From Cronobacter condimenti 1330 (lineage in GTDB: Bacteria; Pseudomonadota; Gammaproteobacteria; Enterobacterales; Enterobacteriaceae): a stretch of DNA of 24,000 bases. A program made the translations under genes and the position numbers. The stretch's first letter is position 1. The number at the start of each line of letters is the position of its first letter. This document shows positions 1-11,330 of the stretch, one piece after another. Below the pieces are notes generated by a model. That model had not been told where the DNA came from. It worked only from the letters and a program-made list of their open reading frames with translations, and ran no database searches. The stretch covers positions 975,230 through 999,229 of the forward strand of contig NZ_CP012264.1 of the NCBI RefSeq assembly GCF_001277255.1. The letters run 5' to 3'.

Positions 1-2175
1 TCAGAAGTCGTAACTCATGGAGAGTTTCAGCGTGCGGGGTTTGCCCTGATAAAGGTAAATACCGCTGCTTTCCGCCGTTGACCAGTATTTTTCATTGGTG
101 ACGTTATCAATGCCTGCGCGCCACGTCACCACATTCTGCTGATCGTTGAGCGCCATCCGGTAACGCACGCCCAGATCCAGGGTGGTGTAATCATCAAGCT
201 TGCGGGTATTGGCGGCATTCGCAAACTGCGAACCGGTGTGATTCACAAAAGCGCTGGCGGTCAGCCCTTCAACCGGCGCGATATCCACTTCGCCGCCCAC
301 ACGCATCGCAAAGCGTGGCACGCCGACGGCGTCGTGACCGTCGTTCATGCCATCTTTGGTACGGGTCATCTCCGGGTCTATCCAGGTGGCGCTGGCGTTC
401 AGGCGCAGCCCCAGGACGGGTTCGCCGAACAGGTTCAGCTCCACGCCGCGGTTGCGCTGCTCGCCGCTCAGCGCGTAGCGGTTGGTAACGCTGTCCTGGG
501 TGGCGACCGGTTTTTTGATTTCAAAGGCGGTCAATGTGCCGCCGAGCCGCCCGAAATCCACTTTCACGCCTGCTTCATTCTGCTTTGAATGCAAAATGCC
601 GGTGCTCTCGCCGTAGTTGGCGGCGGTAGCCGGCGCGCTGCCCCCTGGCTCCAGCGATTCGGTATGGTTGGCGTACAGCGAGACCGTGTCGGTGGGCTTG
701 TAGACGATGCCGTAAGTCGGCATCCAGCGGCTGTCGTTAAAGCGCGAATCGAGAGTTTCATCGCCGGTTTTCGGGCTGTATTTACGCACCACCACTTTCT
801 GATGGCGCGCAGCGACCGTCAGCAGTACGCGGTCATCCAGCACGCCGAGCGTATCGCTCAGCAGCCAGCCTTGTGTACGTGAACGTCCGGTGGTCGGCGG
901 GGAGCCGTAGTTGCCGCTGACGCTGGCGTTGGGCGGGCGGCCTACGTCGCGCGGATCGTAAATATTGACGGTTTTGGTAGCTTTCGCCATGCGCCAGGCG
1001 GTTGCGTCACGGCGTGCAATCGCCGAATAACCGATATTCACCTGGTGTGAGACAAACCCGGTGTCGAAGCGCCCACGCACGCCGCCCATGCCGCTGGCAT
1101 TATCGATGATGCGATTGGTATCCATGCGGCCCATGGTGGCGTCGCCATCGGCGTTAATCAGCCGTGGCGTGGCGTAAAGCCCTTTCTCATGGCTGTGCTG
1201 TGCGCCAAGGCCGCCGTACAGCGTCCAGTCATCGGTGAGCGCATACTCCGCGCGCGCCATACCGAACTGGCTTTCAAGATCGCTGTAGACCCAATCCTGG
1301 CTGTAGTTTTGCGTCGCTTTCGGCACGGCCGGGATAAAATCGACATTACGAATATCGACCCCGATCCGCCCGCCGTGGAAGCCCTGTTTCTGATAACCGA
1401 GATCGAGCGACGTTTTGAGGCGGTCGCCGTTGTAATCCAGGCCGACAGCGGCGAGCGTGGTGCGACGTTTTTCGTTATCGACCGCCGTCTCGCCCTCGCG
1501 TTGCACCAGGTTTACGCGCACGCCGAACTGGTCCGTCTCGCCAAAGCGTCGTCCGGCATCCAGCGTGACGCCCGCCTGGCGTGATGACGTGTAATCGACA
1601 CCGAGGCGCGTCAATGGCAACGCCTCAGCATGTTTAGGCTCAAGGTTAATAACGCCGCCCACGCCGGTGGTGGAGGCGCCGTTGACCAGCGCGTTGGCGC
1701 CTTTGAAAATCTCCACGCGGTCCACCATTGCCATATCGACCACCTGGCGTGGCATAACGCCGCCGAGGCCGCCGAACGTCATGTCGTCGCCTTCCAGCGC
1801 GAAGCCGCGGATGCGGTAAGTTTCCTGGAAATTGCCGAAGCCCTGGACGTTCTGCACGCCCGCATCGTTACGCACCACATCGGCGACCGTACGCGCCTGC
1901 TGATCTTCCACCAGTTTTGCAGTAAAGCTGATGACGTTAAACGGCACGTCCATCGCGCGCTGCTCGCCGAGCATCCCGAGCCGCCCGCCGTGCGCCACCT
2001 GGCCGTCAAGATAAGCGGGCGGTGGCGTGTCGCCGCCCGGCGTAAACGCCTGCTCGCTCGCCTGCACCACTATTGTGTCCTGCGCCGGTGCTGCATTGCT
2101 GGCGGCGTGGGCGTAAGACGCGGCGCAGCCTGCGGTTAACGCCAGCAGCGTTTTGCGTAACGTAACGTGTTTCAT
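1..2175 (-). CDS. TonB-dependent outer-membrane siderophore receptor (FhuA/FhuE-like ferric-hydroxamate type), complete
   Basis: 724-aa ORF with its stop at bases 1-3. It has an N-terminal signal peptide (..LTAGCAASYAHA|A), a TonB-box-like DTIVVQA, plug-domain motifs (ETYRIRGFALEGDD, VDRVEIFKGANALVNG), a long beta-barrel region and a C-terminal aromatic residue (..SMSYDF) typical of TonB-dependent transporters. Substrate cannot be assigned from sequence alone. Confidence 0.9.
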   Translation of the reverse strand: MKHVTLRKTLLALTAGCAASYAHAASNAAPAQDTIVVQASEQAFTPGGDTPPPAYLDGQVAHGGRLGMLGEQRAMDVPFNVISFTAKLVEDQQARTVADVVRNDAGVQNVQGFGNFQETYRIRGFALEGDDMTFGGLGGVMPRQVVDMAMVDRVEIFKGANALVNGASTTGVGGVINLEPKHAEALPLTRLGVDYTSSRQAGVTLDAGRRFGETDQFGVRVNLVQREGETAVDNEKRRTTLAAVGLDYNGDRLKTSLDLGYQKQGFHGGRIGVDIRNVDFIPAVPKATQNYSQDWVYSDLESQFGMARAEYALTDDWTLYGGLGAQHSHEKGLYATPRLINADGDATMGRMDTNRIIDNASGMGGVRGRFDTGFVSHQVNIGYSAIARRDATAWRMAKATKTVNIYDPRDVGRPPNASVSGNYGSPPTTGRSRTQGWLLSDTLGVLDDRVLLTVAARHQKVVVRKYSPKTGDETLDSRFNDSRWMPTYGIVYKPTDTVSLYANHTESLEPGGSAPATAANYGESTGILHSKQNEAGVKVDFGRLGGTLTAFEIKKPVATQDSVTNRYALSGEQRNRGVELNLFGEPVLGLRLNASATWIDPEMTRTKDGMNDGHDAVGVPRFAMRVGGEVDIAPVEGLTASAFVNHTGSQFANAANTRKLDDYTTLDLGVRYRMALNDQQNVVTWRAGIDNVTNEKYWSTAESSGIYLYQGKPRTLKLSMSYDF

Positions 2176-2202
2176 CCCCGTGGTCGTCCTGTCGTGATTT
2201 TT

Positions 2203-2229
2203 AAAATAAAAAGGGCCCTCATGGGGCCC
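2203..2229 (-). terminator. Rho-independent terminator-like hairpin between the yncE-like gene and the receptor gene
   Basis: Read on the minus strand: GGGCCC (2229-2224), 5-nt loop, GGGCCC (2218-2213), then TTTTTATTTT. It starts 9 nt after the yncE-like stop (2238-2240) and its T-run ends about 27 nt before the receptor ATG (2175). Confidence 0.55.
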
Positions 2230-2237
2230 GGACGGCG

Positions 2238-3332
2238 TTATTTCAGGTCGATGCGCACAATGTGCTCCGGCCCTTTGGTTGAATGGTCTTTGTTAAACGG
2301 CTGTTTGACGGTCACCCACAGCGTCTGGCCATCCTGCGAGAGCAGCAGGCTGTTCGGATTGGGTGGCAAATCCCATTGCTGTTTCACCTTGTAGGTGGCC
2401 GCGTCGAGGCTCAGCAGTTTTCCACCGTCGCGCCGGGTGATGTAAATCTCCTGACGCTGCGGGTTGAATTTCACCGCCAGCGAATCGCCCACCTCGAGCT
2501 GTTTGATAACCTCACCGCTGCGGATATCCAGCACCAGCGTGGTTTTGGCTTTGGAATTGTCCGTCACAAACAGACGGCCCGTGGCCGGATCTTCCGCCAT
2601 GTTCAGCAGCAGGGCCGGTTTGTCGCCAAGCGGTTTCCAGCGTTTTTCAATACGCTGTGTGGCGGGGTTAATCACCAGGATTTCGCCGCCGCCGTTGGCG
2701 GCATAAAGGCGCTTCGTGGCCGGGGAGTAGTGCAGGCCGGTGACCCACTTGCCCGCGTTTTTAATGCGTTTTTTCAGCTTCAGCGTTTTCGCATCAACGA
2801 CCCAAATGACCGCCGGATCGGCGACGGCGCCGACATACAGCAGCCCGTCGTGCCAGAGAATTTCACGCGCGCCGGTCGGGAAGCCTTGTTCGTTACGCTC
2901 ACCAAACAGCAGGTGACCGGTGATTTTACCGGTGGCGGTATCAAGCGCGCTGATGCCGCCGTCAAGGGAGTTCGTCACCCACACGGTTTTGCCTTCCGTG
3001 TCCGTCGTCATGCCGAAGTTTTTCAGGTCGGTATGGGTTTCGCCGCGTGTTTGCAGCGTTTTCGGGTCGAGTTTATAGATAACGCCGCCCTGCACATCTT
3101 TAAACGACTGGGCAGTCGCGACGTAAAGCGCGCCGTCAGCCGGGCTTAGCGCCATTTCATACACGCCGTAAGCGAGCTCGCGCTTAACAAGATTTTCAGA
3201 CGGGGCCGGTTGGGCCTGTGCGGGAGCGGAAGCGGAAGCGGAAGCGGTTGCAGGGGCAGACGTGGTGTGTGCCGCGCAGCCGCCAAGGGCGAGCGCGACC
3301 AGCAGCGCAAGCGCGCGAGTCTTGTAATTCAT
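2238..3332 (-). CDS. yncE: YncE-like seven-bladed beta-propeller protein with lipoprotein-type signal peptide
   Basis: 364-aa ORF that aligns along its whole length with my recollection of E. coli YncE (e.g. YEMA, VIWVVD, SLAV.FNP, HPNSL, V.VKQ blocks). GGAG sits 8 nt upstream of the ATG. The N-terminus MNYKTRALALLVALALGGC has a lipobox-like LGGC (Cys19), followed by the low-complexity linker TSAPATASASASAPAQAQPAPSE. Confidence 0.85.
   Translation of the reverse strand: MNYKTRALALLVALALGGCAAHTTSAPATASASASAPAQAQPAPSENLVKRELAYGVYEMALSPADGALYVATAQSFKDVQGGVIYKLDPKTLQTRGETHTDLKNFGMTTDTEGKTVWVTNSLDGGISALDTATGKITGHLLFGERNEQGFPTGAREILWHDGLLYVGAVADPAVIWVVDAKTLKLKKRIKNAGKWVTGLHYSPATKRLYAANGGGEILVINPATQRIEKRWKPLGDKPALLLNMAEDPATGRLFVTDNSKAKTTLVLDIRSGEVIKQLEVGDSLAVKFNPQRQEIYITRRDGGKLLSLDAATYKVKQQWDLPPNPNSLLLSQDGQTLWVTVKQPFNKDHSTKGPEHIVRIDLK
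3224..3247. repeat. Hexanucleotide tandem repeat inside the yncE-like linker region
   Basis: Plus strand reads GAGCGG AAGCGG AAGCGG AAGCGG, three perfect units plus one imperfect. On the coding (minus) strand this is (GCTTCC)n, encoding the alternating Ala-Ser run. Confidence 0.9.
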
Positions 3333-3449
3333 CAGCCAACTCCATTTTATTTAACGTATTGTCATACAAGGCAAAAGGGGAGTGTGCCTGGCGCCTGCGC
3401 CAGCGGTTCCTGCCATAAATTGAAACACCCTTTCACAGAAGTTGAGAAT

Positions 3450-3468
3450 GGTACTAATAATCATTTGC
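3450..3468. promoter_or_regulatory. Fur-box-like site upstream of the yncE-like gene
   Basis: GGTACTAATAATCATTTGC contains a perfect ATAATCATT core. By my manual alignment it matches about 14 of 19 positions of the Fur consensus GATAATGATAATCATTATC. It lies about 120 bp upstream of the yncE-like ATG. E. coli yncE is known to be Fur-regulated. Confidence 0.45.
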
Positions 3469-3536
3469 AAATGAAAGCGAAAATCATCGGCGCGAAAACG
3501 CCGTTAAAAGGTGGTGAAAAGCAGGTAACGGGCAGG

Positions 3537-3568
3537 TAAAAAGCGTTAGGCCGGAGCGGTTATCCGGC
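3537..3568 (-). terminator. Terminator-like hairpin downstream of lacI
   Basis: On the minus strand: GCCGGA, 7-nt loop, TCCGGC (3568-3550), followed after 8 nt by CTTTTT. It begins 7 nt after the lacI stop. The stem is short and the T-run is displaced, so the call is weak. Confidence 0.4.
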
Positions 3569-3574
3569 GTGGGG

Positions 3575-4651
3575 TTAGTCTTCGCGTAGCGCTTTTACAA
3601 GGCGGGCCATTTCATCAAGCAACCGTTCGCGATCGCGATGAGTTGCGCGGCGCGGCGCGGTGGAGCGGCGTTCGATAAAGCGCGTGGGCAATAGCGTCGA
3701 CTCACCCGCGCCGCTGTGGGTCAGGCGCGCCACCATGCGGCTTACCGATTCCGCGCCGAGCCGGTTGAAATCCTGCTCAACGGTCGTGAGCGCCGGGATG
3801 AAATAGGCGCTGTCTGGCGTGTCGTCATAGCCGACGACCGAGACATCCTGCGGTACGCGCAGGCCCAGCTCGTCCAGCGCGCTCATCGCGCCAAACGCCA
3901 TCTGATCATTGGCAACCAGTAGCGCGGTGATGTCGCGGCGCGTGCGAAACAGGCTCAGCGTCTGCTGCCAGGCATCTTTCGAGCTCCAGTTGCCGTGCAG
4001 CACCGCGCAGGCGTGTCGCCCGTGTTCGTTCAGCACGTCTTGCCAGCAGGCGAGACGCATGGTGGAAGCCACCGAATGTTCCGGCCCGGCCAGCAGCGCG
4101 AAGTGTTCATGCCCGGCATGAAGCAGATATTCAACGCTCTGGCGTGAGCCGTCGCGCGGGTCGAAGCTCACATGAAAGACGTCGCTGTCGGCAGGTACAT
4201 CGAGAAACTGACATAACAGGTCGTTGTTATCGTCCACAAGACGGGCGGCGGCGTCGGCCGTGAGCGGCAGGTTGATGATAACCCCGTCGACTTTTTGCGC
4301 GCGCATCTCGTTGAGCGAGCGCTGCAGCTCCTCCAGCGTCCCGGTTTCAAGCGTGGCGATGACGACGCTGTAGCCCGCCCGCGCGGCATGGCTTTTGATC
4401 GCGGCTGCAATCTGTGACGGCGCGTGAAGGGCGAGAGAAACAGTGATAAAACCGAGCGTCCGGGTGGCTTTGCCGGCGAGCAGTTGCGCGCTGCGGTTTG
4501 GCACAAACTGTAACGCCTCCATGGCCTCCAGCACCCGCTGACGCGTCGCAGGCGATACCAGCCCCGGTTTATTAAGCACGCGTGAGACCGTCTGGTGTGA
4601 CACCCCGGCCTTTTGCGCCACGTCATCCAGCGTGCTGAGTCGTTTTTTCAT
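3575..4651 (-). CDS. lacI: Lactose operon repressor LacI
   Basis: 358 aa counted from the internal ATG at 4651 (MKKRLSTLDDVAQKAGVSHQTVSRVLN..). The 29 upstream codons of the track ORF have no homology support. It is collinear with E. coli LacI, sharing HTH, LALHAPSQI.AAIKS, LVANDQMA.GAM and VVGYDD blocks. It also has a C-terminal Leu-heptad tail (LLDEMARLVKAL) equivalent to the tetramerisation helix. Confidence 0.9.
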   Translation of the reverse strand: MKKRLSTLDDVAQKAGVSHQTVSRVLNKPGLVSPATRQRVLEAMEALQFVPNRSAQLLAGKATRTLGFITVSLALHAPSQIAAAIKSHAARAGYSVVIATLETGTLEELQRSLNEMRAQKVDGVIINLPLTADAAARLVDDNNDLLCQFLDVPADSDVFHVSFDPRDGSRQSVEYLLHAGHEHFALLAGPEHSVASTMRLACWQDVLNEHGRHACAVLHGNWSSKDAWQQTLSLFRTRRDITALLVANDQMAFGAMSALDELGLRVPQDVSVVGYDDTPDSAYFIPALTTVEQDFNRLGAESVSRMVARLTHSGAGESTLLPTRFIERRSTAPRRATHRDRERLLDEMARLVKALRED

Positions 4652-4720
4652 CGCCTTTCCTCTGCGTTTGACAGACTGAATGATCGGCAGGGCAGAAGAC
4701 AAAGTCAATTTCTGGCGTGA

Positions 4721-4739
4721 AATGTCATGCGCTAACATT
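4721..4739. promoter_or_regulatory. lac-operator-like pseudo-palindrome, lacI-proximal copy
   Basis: AATGTCATGCGCTAACATT. Its reverse complement, AATGTTAGCGCATGACATT, differs at one base from the copy at 4856-4874. The TGTTAGCG half resembles the TGTGAGCG half of E. coli O1. It lies 70-88 bp upstream of the lacI ATG. Confidence 0.55.
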
Positions 4740-4855
4740 CAACGCGTGATACAGATCTCATTTCTTGATCCATTCATGGCTGTGATGTGATCCACGTTCG
4801 CATTCTGCAATGCCGCCATTCGCTATCCCTGTCGTTTCCCGCCATGCTGATTGTT

Positions 4856-8028
<3,173 letters not shown>

Positions 8029-8041
8029 CAGGGCGCGACTG

Positions 8042-8063
8042 CCGGGGGCTCGCCCCCGGTTTT
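8042..8063 (+). terminator. Intercistronic GC hairpin plus T4 between lacZ and lacY (attenuator or processing-type element)
   Basis: CCGGGGG (8042-8048), loop CTCG, CCCCCGG (8053-8059), then TTTT. It lies 14 nt after the lacZ stop and 39 nt before the lacY ATG. Confidence 0.45.
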
Positions 8064-8101
8064 ACTAAAAAAAACAGCATCATTAACACTGAAGGTGAAA
8101 G

Positions 8102-9367
8102 ATGAATAAGCCTGCCCTGACCCCGGTTGAAAAACAGAACTTCATATACTTTTTGCTGTTCTTCTTTTTCTACTATTTCATTATGTCGGCCTACTTTCCG
8201 TTCTTTCCGGTGTGGCTTGCGGATGTCGCCCACCTGAGTAAAACGGATACCGGGATCGTCTTTTCGTGCATCTCGCTGTTCGCGATTATCTTCCAGCCGG
8301 TATTTGGCCTGGTCTCCGATAAGCTGGGGCTGCGCAAACATCTGTTGTGGACCATCACCGGCCTGCTGGTGCTGTTCGCGCCGTTCTTTATTTTTGTTCT
8401 CAAGCCGCTACTGGCGTTTAACATCTGGGTCGGGGCGTTTGTCGGCGGGTGTTATCTTGGCGTGGTTTTCTCCAGCGGCTCCGGCGCGGTGGAAGCCTAT
8501 ATTGAGCGCGTGAGCCGGGCGAACAACTTTGAATATGGCAAAGTGCGCGTCTCCGGCTGCGTGGGCTGGGCGTTGTGCGCCTCCATGACCGGTATGTTGT
8601 TTGGCGTTAATCCCAATATCATCTTCTGGGTCGCCTCGGCGTTTGCGCTGGTGCTGGCGGGCGTGCTGTGGTTCTCGCGCCCGGCAGGGGAGAGCGGCAA
8701 TCTGATCTCCGGCACCAAAGAAACCAGCCAGGCCTTTTCAATGAAACTGGTGAGTGAACTGTTCAGAATGCGCAGTTTCTGGGCATTTATTATCTATGTG
8801 GTGGGCGTGGCGAGCGTCTATGACGTCTTCGACCAGCAGTTCGCGAACTTCTTTAAAGGCTTTTTCTCAAGTCCGGAACGCGGCACCCAGATTTTCGGCT
8901 TTGTCACCACGGGCGGTGAGTTGCTCAACGCCACGGTCATGTTCTTTACGCCGTTTATCATTAACCGCATCGGCAGTAAAAACGCGCTGTTGATTGCAGG
9001 CGCCATTATGTCGATGCGCATTATCGGCTCGTCATTCGCCACCGCCGACTGGCAGGTGATCGTGCTGAAAACGCTGCATATGTTTGAACTGCCGTTCCTG
9101 CTGGTGGGCACGTTTAAATATATCTCTGCGGTGTTTGACCCGCGCCTTTCTGCCACGCTGTTCCTGGTGGGCTTTAACCTCTCCAAGCAGCTTTCCGGCG
9201 TGGTGCTCTCCACCTGGGCGGGCCGGATGTACGACACCGTCGGCTTCCAGCAAACCTATCTGGTGCTGGGGCTGATTACCCTTAGCTTTACCGTTATCTC
9301 TTTCTTCACGCTACAGGGCCGTCCGCGCCCGGCGCTTGAGAAATCGCCGAATTCCTCACTCGCCTGA
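8102..9367 (+). CDS. lacY: Lactose permease LacY (MFS oligosaccharide:H+ symporter)
   Basis: 421-aa ORF. It closely matches the E. coli LacY N-terminus (FFFFYFFIM.AYFPFFP.WL, SK.DTGI.F..ISLF, FQP.FGL.SDKLGLRK.LLW) and is hydrophobic throughout. AAGGTG lies upstream of the ATG. Confidence 0.95.
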   Translation: MNKPALTPVEKQNFIYFLLFFFFYYFIMSAYFPFFPVWLADVAHLSKTDTGIVFSCISLFAIIFQPVFGLVSDKLGLRKHLLWTITGLLVLFAPFFIFVLKPLLAFNIWVGAFVGGCYLGVVFSSGSGAVEAYIERVSRANNFEYGKVRVSGCVGWALCASMTGMLFGVNPNIIFWVASAFALVLAGVLWFSRPAGESGNLISGTKETSQAFSMKLVSELFRMRSFWAFIIYVVGVASVYDVFDQQFANFFKGFFSSPERGTQIFGFVTTGGELLNATVMFFTPFIINRIGSKNALLIAGAIMSMRIIGSSFATADWQVIVLKTLHMFELPFLLVGTFKYISAVFDPRLSATLFLVGFNLSKQLSGVVLSTWAGRMYDTVGFQQTYLVLGLITLSFTVISFFTLQGRPRPALEKSPNSSLA

Positions 9368-9579
9368 CGCCCGCGCCATTCACGGGGGAGAGCCGCTCCC
9401 CCGAAACTCCCTTCAATGAATAAATTGCATGACATTGATGTCAGAAATCTGTCCATTTATGGAAGAGCGGCGGGCCGCTTTCTTATACACTATGTGCCGC
9501 TATGGTAATCCGCCCGTTCCGACGCGGCCTCCAGAAAGCCAATGGTGAGGCTTCTGCCGCGCAAAAAAGAGTGAGACAG

Positions 9580-11280
9580 ATGGAAATCAAACACAAAAAA
9601 AACCGTTCGCTTTACATTCCCTACGCAGGCCCTGTTCTCCTGGAGTTTCCGCTGCTGAACAAAGGCAGCGCCTTTAGCATGGAGGAGCGCAGCAATTTCA
9701 ACCTGCTGGGGCTTTTGCCGGAAGTGGTGGAAACCATTGAAGAGCAGGCGGAACGCGCATGGCGGCAGTTTGAAGATTTCAAAACGGATATTGATAAGCA
9801 CATTTATCTGCGCAACATCCAGGATACCAACGAAACCCTGTTTTACCGCCTGCTGGAAAACCATCTCGATGTAATGATGCCCATCATTTACACCCCGACG
9901 GTGGGCTCCGCCTGCGAACGTTTTTCTGAAATCTACCGCCGCGCCCGCGGGGTGTTTATCTCCTGGCCGAACCGCCATAACATGGATGACATCCTGCAAA
10001 ACGTGCCCATCCATAACATTAAAGTGATCGTGGTGACCGACGGTGAACGCATTCTCGGCCTCGGCGACCAGGGCATCGGCGGCATGGGCATTCCTATCGG
10101 CAAGCTGTCGCTCTATACCGCCTGCGGCGGCATCAGCCCGGCCTATACGCTGCCTATCGTGCTGGATGCCGGGACAAATAATCAGCAACTGCTGAACGAC
10201 CCGCTCTACATGGGCTGGCGTCACCCGCGCATCACCGACGACGAGTATTACGCGTTTGTGGATGATTTTATCCAGGCGGTGAAACAGCGCTGGCCGAACG
10301 TGCTGCTGCAATTTGAAGATTTCGCGCAGAAGAATGCGATGCCGCTGCTTGAGCGCTACCGCGATGAGATCTGCTGCTTTAACGATGACATTCAGGGCAC
10401 CGCGGCGGTCACGCTCGGCACGCTGATTGCCGCAAGCCGCGCAGCAGGCAGCCAGCTTAGCGAGCAGAAAATCGTCTTCCTGGGCGCAGGCTCCGCCGGT
10501 TGCGGTATCGCCGAGCAGATCATTGCCTGGATGCGCACCGAAGGCGGCTTAAGCGATGAGCAGGCGCGTGCCCGAGTTTACATGGTTGACCGCTTCGGCC
10601 TGCTGACAGACAACATGCCGAACCTGCTCTCCTTCCAGGCGAAGCTGGTGCAAAAACGCGACAGCCTCCAGAGCTGGGACACGCAAAGCGATTCGCTGTC
10701 GCTGCTGGATGTGGTGCGTAACGTCAAGCCGGATATCCTGATTGGCGTCTCTGGCCAGACGGGGCTTTTCAGCGAAGAGATCATCCGCGAGATGCACAAG
10801 CATTGCGCGCGTCCTATCGTTATGCCGCTTTCTAACCCAACGTCGCGCGTTGAAGCTACGCCGCACGATATCCTGAACTGGACTGACGGCGCGGCGCTGG
10901 TTGCAACGGGCAGCCCGTTCCAGCCGGTAACCATCAAAGAGAAAACGTACCCTATCGCCCAGTGCAATAACGCCTATATCTTCCCGGGCATCGGGCTTGG
11001 GATTATTTCGTCCGGGGCGCTGCGCGTGACGGATGAGATGATGATGGCGGCAAGTGAAGCGCTGGCTGCCCATTCACCGCTGGTGAATACCGGCAGCGGG
11101 CTGGTGCTGCCGCCGCTGACTGATATTCAGAAGGTTTCGAAGGATATTGCGTTTGCGGTCGGTAAAATGGCGCAGCAGCAGGGCGTAGCGGTGAAAACGT
11201 CTGCTGAGGCGCTGTTGCAGGCGATTGAAGACAACTTCTGGCTGCCGGAGTATCGCAGCTACCGCCGCACCTCTATCTGA
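9580..11280 (+). CDS. maeA: NAD-dependent malic enzyme MaeA (SfcA)
   Basis: 566 aa counted from the ATG at 9580 ([37 protein letters not shown]..). It is near-identical in long blocks to E. coli MaeA through to the C-terminus ..YRRTSI. The 26 upstream codons of the track ORF are unsupported. Confidence 0.95.
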   Translation: MEIKHKKNRSLYIPYAGPVLLEFPLLNKGSAFSMEERSNFNLLGLLPEVVETIEEQAERAWRQFEDFKTDIDKHIYLRNIQDTNETLFYRLLENHLDVMMPIIYTPTVGSACERFSEIYRRARGVFISWPNRHNMDDILQNVPIHNIKVIVVTDGERILGLGDQGIGGMGIPIGKLSLYTACGGISPAYTLPIVLDAGTNNQQLLNDPLYMGWRHPRITDDEYYAFVDDFIQAVKQRWPNVLLQFEDFAQKNAMPLLERYRDEICCFNDDIQGTAAVTLGTLIAASRAAGSQLSEQKIVFLGAGSAGCGIAEQIIAWMRTEGGLSDEQARARVYMVDRFGLLTDNMPNLLSFQAKLVQKRDSLQSWDTQSDSLSLLDVVRNVKPDILIGVSGQTGLFSEEIIREMHKHCARPIVMPLSNPTSRVEATPHDILNWTDGAALVATGSPFQPVTIKEKTYPIAQCNNAYIFPGIGLGIISSGALRVTDEMMMAASEALAAHSPLVNTGSGLVLPPLTDIQKVSKDIAFAVGKMAQQQGVAVKTSAEALLQAIEDNFWLPEYRSYRRTSI

Positions 11281-11294
11281 TGTGAGGTCGGCTC

Positions 11295-11327
11295 CCCGCT
11301 GGCGCGATGCGTCAGCGGGATTTTCTT
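11295..11327 (+). terminator. Rho-independent terminator of maeA
   Basis: CCCGCTG (11295-11301), 11-nt loop, CAGCGGG (11313-11319), then ATTTTCTT. It starts 15 nt after the maeA stop. Confidence 0.55.
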
Positions 11328-11330
11328 GCG

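Noticed and set aside
4745-4796. Two CRP-like sites (cGTGA-tacaga-TCtCA and TGTGA-tgtgat-cCACg) lie in the lac control region.
   Set aside because: Each matches only 8 of 10 core positions. Without a mapped lacZ start site, neither can be placed at a canonical class I or class II distance. They are mentioned under the lac finding but not called as features.
9368-9579. I looked for a lacA remnant or other pseudogene in the lacY-maeA spacer. I also considered the GGGGGAG/CTCCCCC hairpin at 9384-9402 and the weak hairpin plus TTCTT at 9464-9485 as lacY terminators.
   Set aside because: No frame resembles the hexapeptide-repeat acetyltransferase. The first hairpin has no T-run and the second has only a 5-7 bp stem, so neither is confident enough to call as a feature.
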